A stretch of DNA of 64,000 nucleotides, from positions 7,007 through 71,006 of the forward strand of contig JAPPES010000136.1 of NCBI GenBank assembly GCA_028824125.1, in the 5' to 3' direction. The notes below the pieces were generated by a model. It made no database searches and was not told the origin of the DNA. It was given only the letters and a program-made list of their open reading frames with translations. Each line of letters opens with the position of its first letter. Positions within the stretch are counted from its first letter, which is position 1. This stretch comes from Candidatus Poribacteria bacterium (GTDB lineage: Bacteria > Poribacteria > WGA-4E > WGA-3G). Below, one piece after another: positions 60,948 through 64,000 of the stretch. The translations under genes were made by a program, and so were the position numbers.

Positions 60948-61017
60948 TTATTACACCCAATTAAGATCAGAGGCGTTCTGTAATGTCGCGACCAGGAGGT
61001 CGCTCCTACAGAAGAGT

Positions 61018-61881
61018 TTACGCCCGATTGAGATCAAAAGCGTTCCAATAATATTGATATTTAGAAGATTGCCATCCGTTGTAAATGTCATCCCAGGGCA
61101 TCCGATTGAAATGAGGTAAAAGTGAGCCTTCTGTGACAGGTTTAGAACAACCTTGATAGCGATAATCCACTGAAAGACGAATGCGATCAGGTGACTGATT
61201 TGGCAATGCTTTGTGAACGGTGTGGCTGTGAAAGAAAATCGCATCACCTATCTCGTAATCTCCGCCAACCCAATGCAATCCGTCCGCTTCTAACGGATCA
61301 GTGTCAATACCGAGTCCTCCTGCTCCTAATGCTGGCTTCACGGGAAAAATGCCAAACCGATGCGATCCAGCCAAAACAGATAATCCACCCATATATTCAG
61401 GACATGCCCCCAACGGAATCCAACCTGTATAGGTTTCCTCAGTGCCACGAATATGGATAAAATCTTGATGTGCGGGGGTTGTATACTTTGTGTTTTCTGG
61501 GAACATGATTCTTCCGATATTCCGCGGATGCACCAGCGTTTTTTCGCCAAACAATTTGTCACACATACCCAAAATTGCCGGATGATGCGCAAATGCATGG
61601 AATGATTCAAGAGATTGGAATTCGTCTAACACGGGCCAATATCCATCATCACCTTCCATGAAAGGTCCGCCTGTGCGAATTCCGTCCATCAGTGCTTCAT
61701 CGCCTTGTGCCCATCCGTGCCGATGACAAATCTCCAAAAAATCCCGACGTAAGCCGTAAATGGATTCAGCATCAATTAATCCACGAAAATAGAGATAACC
61801 ATCCTGTTTTGCTCGTTCGCGGAGTTTTTCAGGTTGATCTAACAGTTCATTTGACACAAAAAAAGGTTCAATTTTTGCCAT
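61018..61881 (-). CDS. Phytanoyl-CoA dioxygenase (PhyH) family protein
   Basis: HQD facial-triad motif, WIPLG, GSH, H.ALPN and RLSVDYRYQ; ggagg SD before ATG 61881. Confidence 0.9.
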   Translation of the reverse strand: MAKIEPFFVSNELLDQPEKLRERAKQDGYLYFRGLIDAESIYGLRRDFLEICHRHGWAQGDEALMDGIRTGGPFMEGDDGYWPVLDEFQSLESFHAFAHHPAILGMCDKLFGEKTLVHPRNIGRIMFPENTKYTTPAHQDFIHIRGTEETYTGWIPLGACPEYMGGLSVLAGSHRFGIFPVKPALGAGGLGIDTDPLEADGLHWVGGDYEIGDAIFFHSHTVHKALPNQSPDRIRLSVDYRYQGCSKPVTEGSLLPHFNRMPWDDIYNGWQSSKYQYYWNAFDLNRA

Positions 61882-62165
61882 AGTGTTCCTCGCCTCCAAG
61901 AAAATATTGCATAGTGGATATATTCTTGATATTATACCAACAAACAGGAGGCGTGTCAAATGATATAGATAGAACAATTGTAGACAAAGTTTCAGGGCTA
62001 CGTAGTGTCTTACTACGAACTTACCATTTTACTGGTTTGTTGATACGTGCTCCTATTTTCTTCAAAGAATTATAAAACTTGTAATCTCTAAATCGGATAT
62101 TTCTTAACCGATTATTTTGAGAATATGCTACAATTCAGAACAATCTAAACATTAGGAGGCGCAAC

Positions 62166-63347
62166 ATGCTTAGCATCAAACATCTTGAAACAATAACGCT
62201 GAATGTTCCATTCTACTGCGACCGTGTCAGTCGGCACATGCACCGTGCAGCAACGCACGGTGAACGGGTTTACGTTTATCGTGTTGAACTTAGTAACGGA
62301 GTTATAGGGTATGGCGAAAATTTATATGATGAATCGGGTAATATTGAACGATTGGTAGGACAAAATCCATTTGCATGTATGAACGATGATAGTGTCGGGT
62401 TTGGCATTCAGATGTCACTTTATGATGCTGTCGGTAAAACGGTTGGTGTCCCTGCATCTGGCCTGATTGGTCCGAAGGTGCGTGAGAGTTGCCCTATTTC
62501 ATGGTGGGACATTGACATGCCACCAGAGGATTGGGTCGCGGAAGTGCAGGAATCGGTCAAAAGAGGTTATACATCTGCCAAACTCAAAGCGAGACCTTGG
62601 CGAGACATCTTCGCACAAGTTGATGCAGTTGGCAACGCAGTACCAGCGGACTACAAACTTGATATTGACTTCAACGGCTTCCTACGAACAGCGGATAACG
62701 CTATTCCCGTATTACAGAAGTTAGATGAACATCCGAATGTTGCGATCTACGAAAGTCCGTTCTACCTCGGAACAGATATTGAAGGTGCGGCAAGGTTGCA
62801 AGAGGCTGTTCAAAAACGTATCGTCGAGCATTACAATGAATCCTGTTTGCATGCGCGTTGTTGTGGTGGGTTTGTTGTCGGAGGTAGTGTCAACTCACTG
62901 CTGCGTACAAACGCACTCTGCTCTTCATTTGAACAACCGTTCTGGCTACAGATGGTCGGTACTGGTATTACAACGGCATATTGTGTGCATCTTGGTGCTG
63001 TGCTTTCGCAAGCCGAATTACCAGCAATTACGTGCCATGAGTTGTGGGAATCGGATCTGCTTGAAACACGACTTGAAGTCCTTGATGGGACGATCAACGT
63101 TCCTGACTTACCTGGATTGGGCGTTTCAGTGGATGAAGATGCATTGGCAGCATATCGCGTTGAAAAATCTGCACCCACACCGCAGCAGCTGTTCCACCAA
63201 ACTGATTATACGTGCAGAGTACATATTCCCAATGCGGATGGCGGAGAGACAATCCACGATTTCAGCGGAGAGGGTGAATATTATCCTGCATTTAGTGAAG
63301 GAAAGTATCCGGGGTTTGTGCCTGGGGTTTGGATGGAAGTGGTTTGA
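62166..63347 (+). CDS. Mandelate racemase/muconate lactonizing enzyme (enolase superfamily)
   Basis: G..GYGE, GY.SAKLK, DFN, YESP and VPDLPGLGV.VDE. Confidence 0.88.
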   Translation: MLSIKHLETITLNVPFYCDRVSRHMHRAATHGERVYVYRVELSNGVIGYGENLYDESGNIERLVGQNPFACMNDDSVGFGIQMSLYDAVGKTVGVPASGLIGPKVRESCPISWWDIDMPPEDWVAEVQESVKRGYTSAKLKARPWRDIFAQVDAVGNAVPADYKLDIDFNGFLRTADNAIPVLQKLDEHPNVAIYESPFYLGTDIEGAARLQEAVQKRIVEHYNESCLHARCCGGFVVGGSVNSLLRTNALCSSFEQPFWLQMVGTGITTAYCVHLGAVLSQAELPAITCHELWESDLLETRLEVLDGTINVPDLPGLGVSVDEDALAAYRVEKSAPTPQQLFHQTDYTCRVHIPNADGGETIHDFSGEGEYYPAFSEGKYPGFVPGVWMEVV

Positions 63348-63397
63348 GAGTCCGCATGTAATTCGGCAATGCTCTGGTTGTTTTGACTGGAGCATTT

Positions 63398-64000
63398 TTA
63401 TTCTGTTTCTGCAAAATAGTCGGAATCTACCCGTTTGATTTCGTAAGTTTTGGTTGTGGAAACACCAACATCATGTTCAATCATAAACTGCGCGAGTTGT
63501 TGTCCATCAATAAGTATAATTTTGGAGTCAATTGATTTGACATACTCTACGCATCCTTTGGTAAACTCTGATGTTGTAATGAAAATTCCTTTACGTGCGC
63601 GTTGTCCTTGTAAAGCACCTGCAAATTTTTGAATCTCAGGGCGACTTACACTTCCTTCCCACTGTTTTGCTTGAACATAAACTACATCAAGACCAAGCCT
63701 ATCTTCGTTGATAATACCGTCAATACCCTCATCACCACCGCCTCCGACTGCTTTTCCTGCATCTTCATGTGAACCACCATAACCCATTGCAACAAGTAGA
63801 TCAATAACGAGTTTTTCGAAAAATGCTGGAGGCTTCTTTTTTATTTCTTCTAAAAGTTCCTCCGCCAATTCTTTGTGAACTTTTTCGTAAATGTCTTCAA
63901 TGTCCTCAACGGTAGGCGCTACCTCTTCTTGTTTTTCCTCTTCCTTTATATCTTCTTGTTCTTCCTCTTGAACAAGGAAATAAGGTGTCCTTTTTCCACC
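63398..64000 (-). CDS. mrr: Mrr-family (type IV) restriction endonuclease, 5'-partial
   Basis: FFEKLVIDLL.AMGYGG, DEGIDGII.EDRLGLD..YVQAK and KGIFITTS; the frame stays open to the window edge. Confidence 0.92.
   Translation of the reverse strand, partial: GGKRTPYFLVQEEEQEDIKEEEKQEEVAPTVEDIEDIYEKVHKELAEELLEEIKKKPPAFFEKLVIDLLVAMGYGGSHEDAGKAVGGGGDEGIDGIINEDRLGLDVVYVQAKQWEGSVSRPEIQKFAGALQGQRARKGIFITTSEFTKGCVEYVKSIDSKIILIDGQQLAQFMIEHDVGVSTTKTYEIKRVDSDYFAETE

Overview
A 64-kb bacterial chromosome segment from a diderm (LPS-making) organism using the standard genetic code, since many genes end in TGA. The UBact locus, PhyH/FGE/AKR content and dense intergenic repeats suggest Candidatus Poribacteria, but this is inference only. 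Housekeeping blocks are lpxL-lptCAB-rpoN-hpf-valS, nadB, a lytic transglycosylase, gatB, tRNA-Leu(CAA), hflX and HU. A complete UBact-proteasome operon (arc-dop-ubact-prcB-prcA-pafA) is present. Accessory content includes two orphan DNA methyltransferases, a partial Mrr, two PorV-like barrels, a TonB receptor, a multiheme-TPR protein and several MITE/REP-like families, some with target-site duplications. Top findings: (1) an outer-membrane beta-barrel missed by the ORF track, whose true start is upstream and reads signal peptide-QES-UGA-G-A-UGA, a predicted UxxU di-selenocysteine motif followed by a SECIS-like hairpin in the E. coli register; (2) a tandem pair of UvrD-like helicases with GIY-YIG nuclease domains inserted, the second also fused to GrpE-like, Hfq/Sm-like and S1 domains; (3) a structured leader RNA upstream of a three-gene secreted Cys/His-rich cluster. 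All family assignments come from reading motifs by eye; no searches were run.
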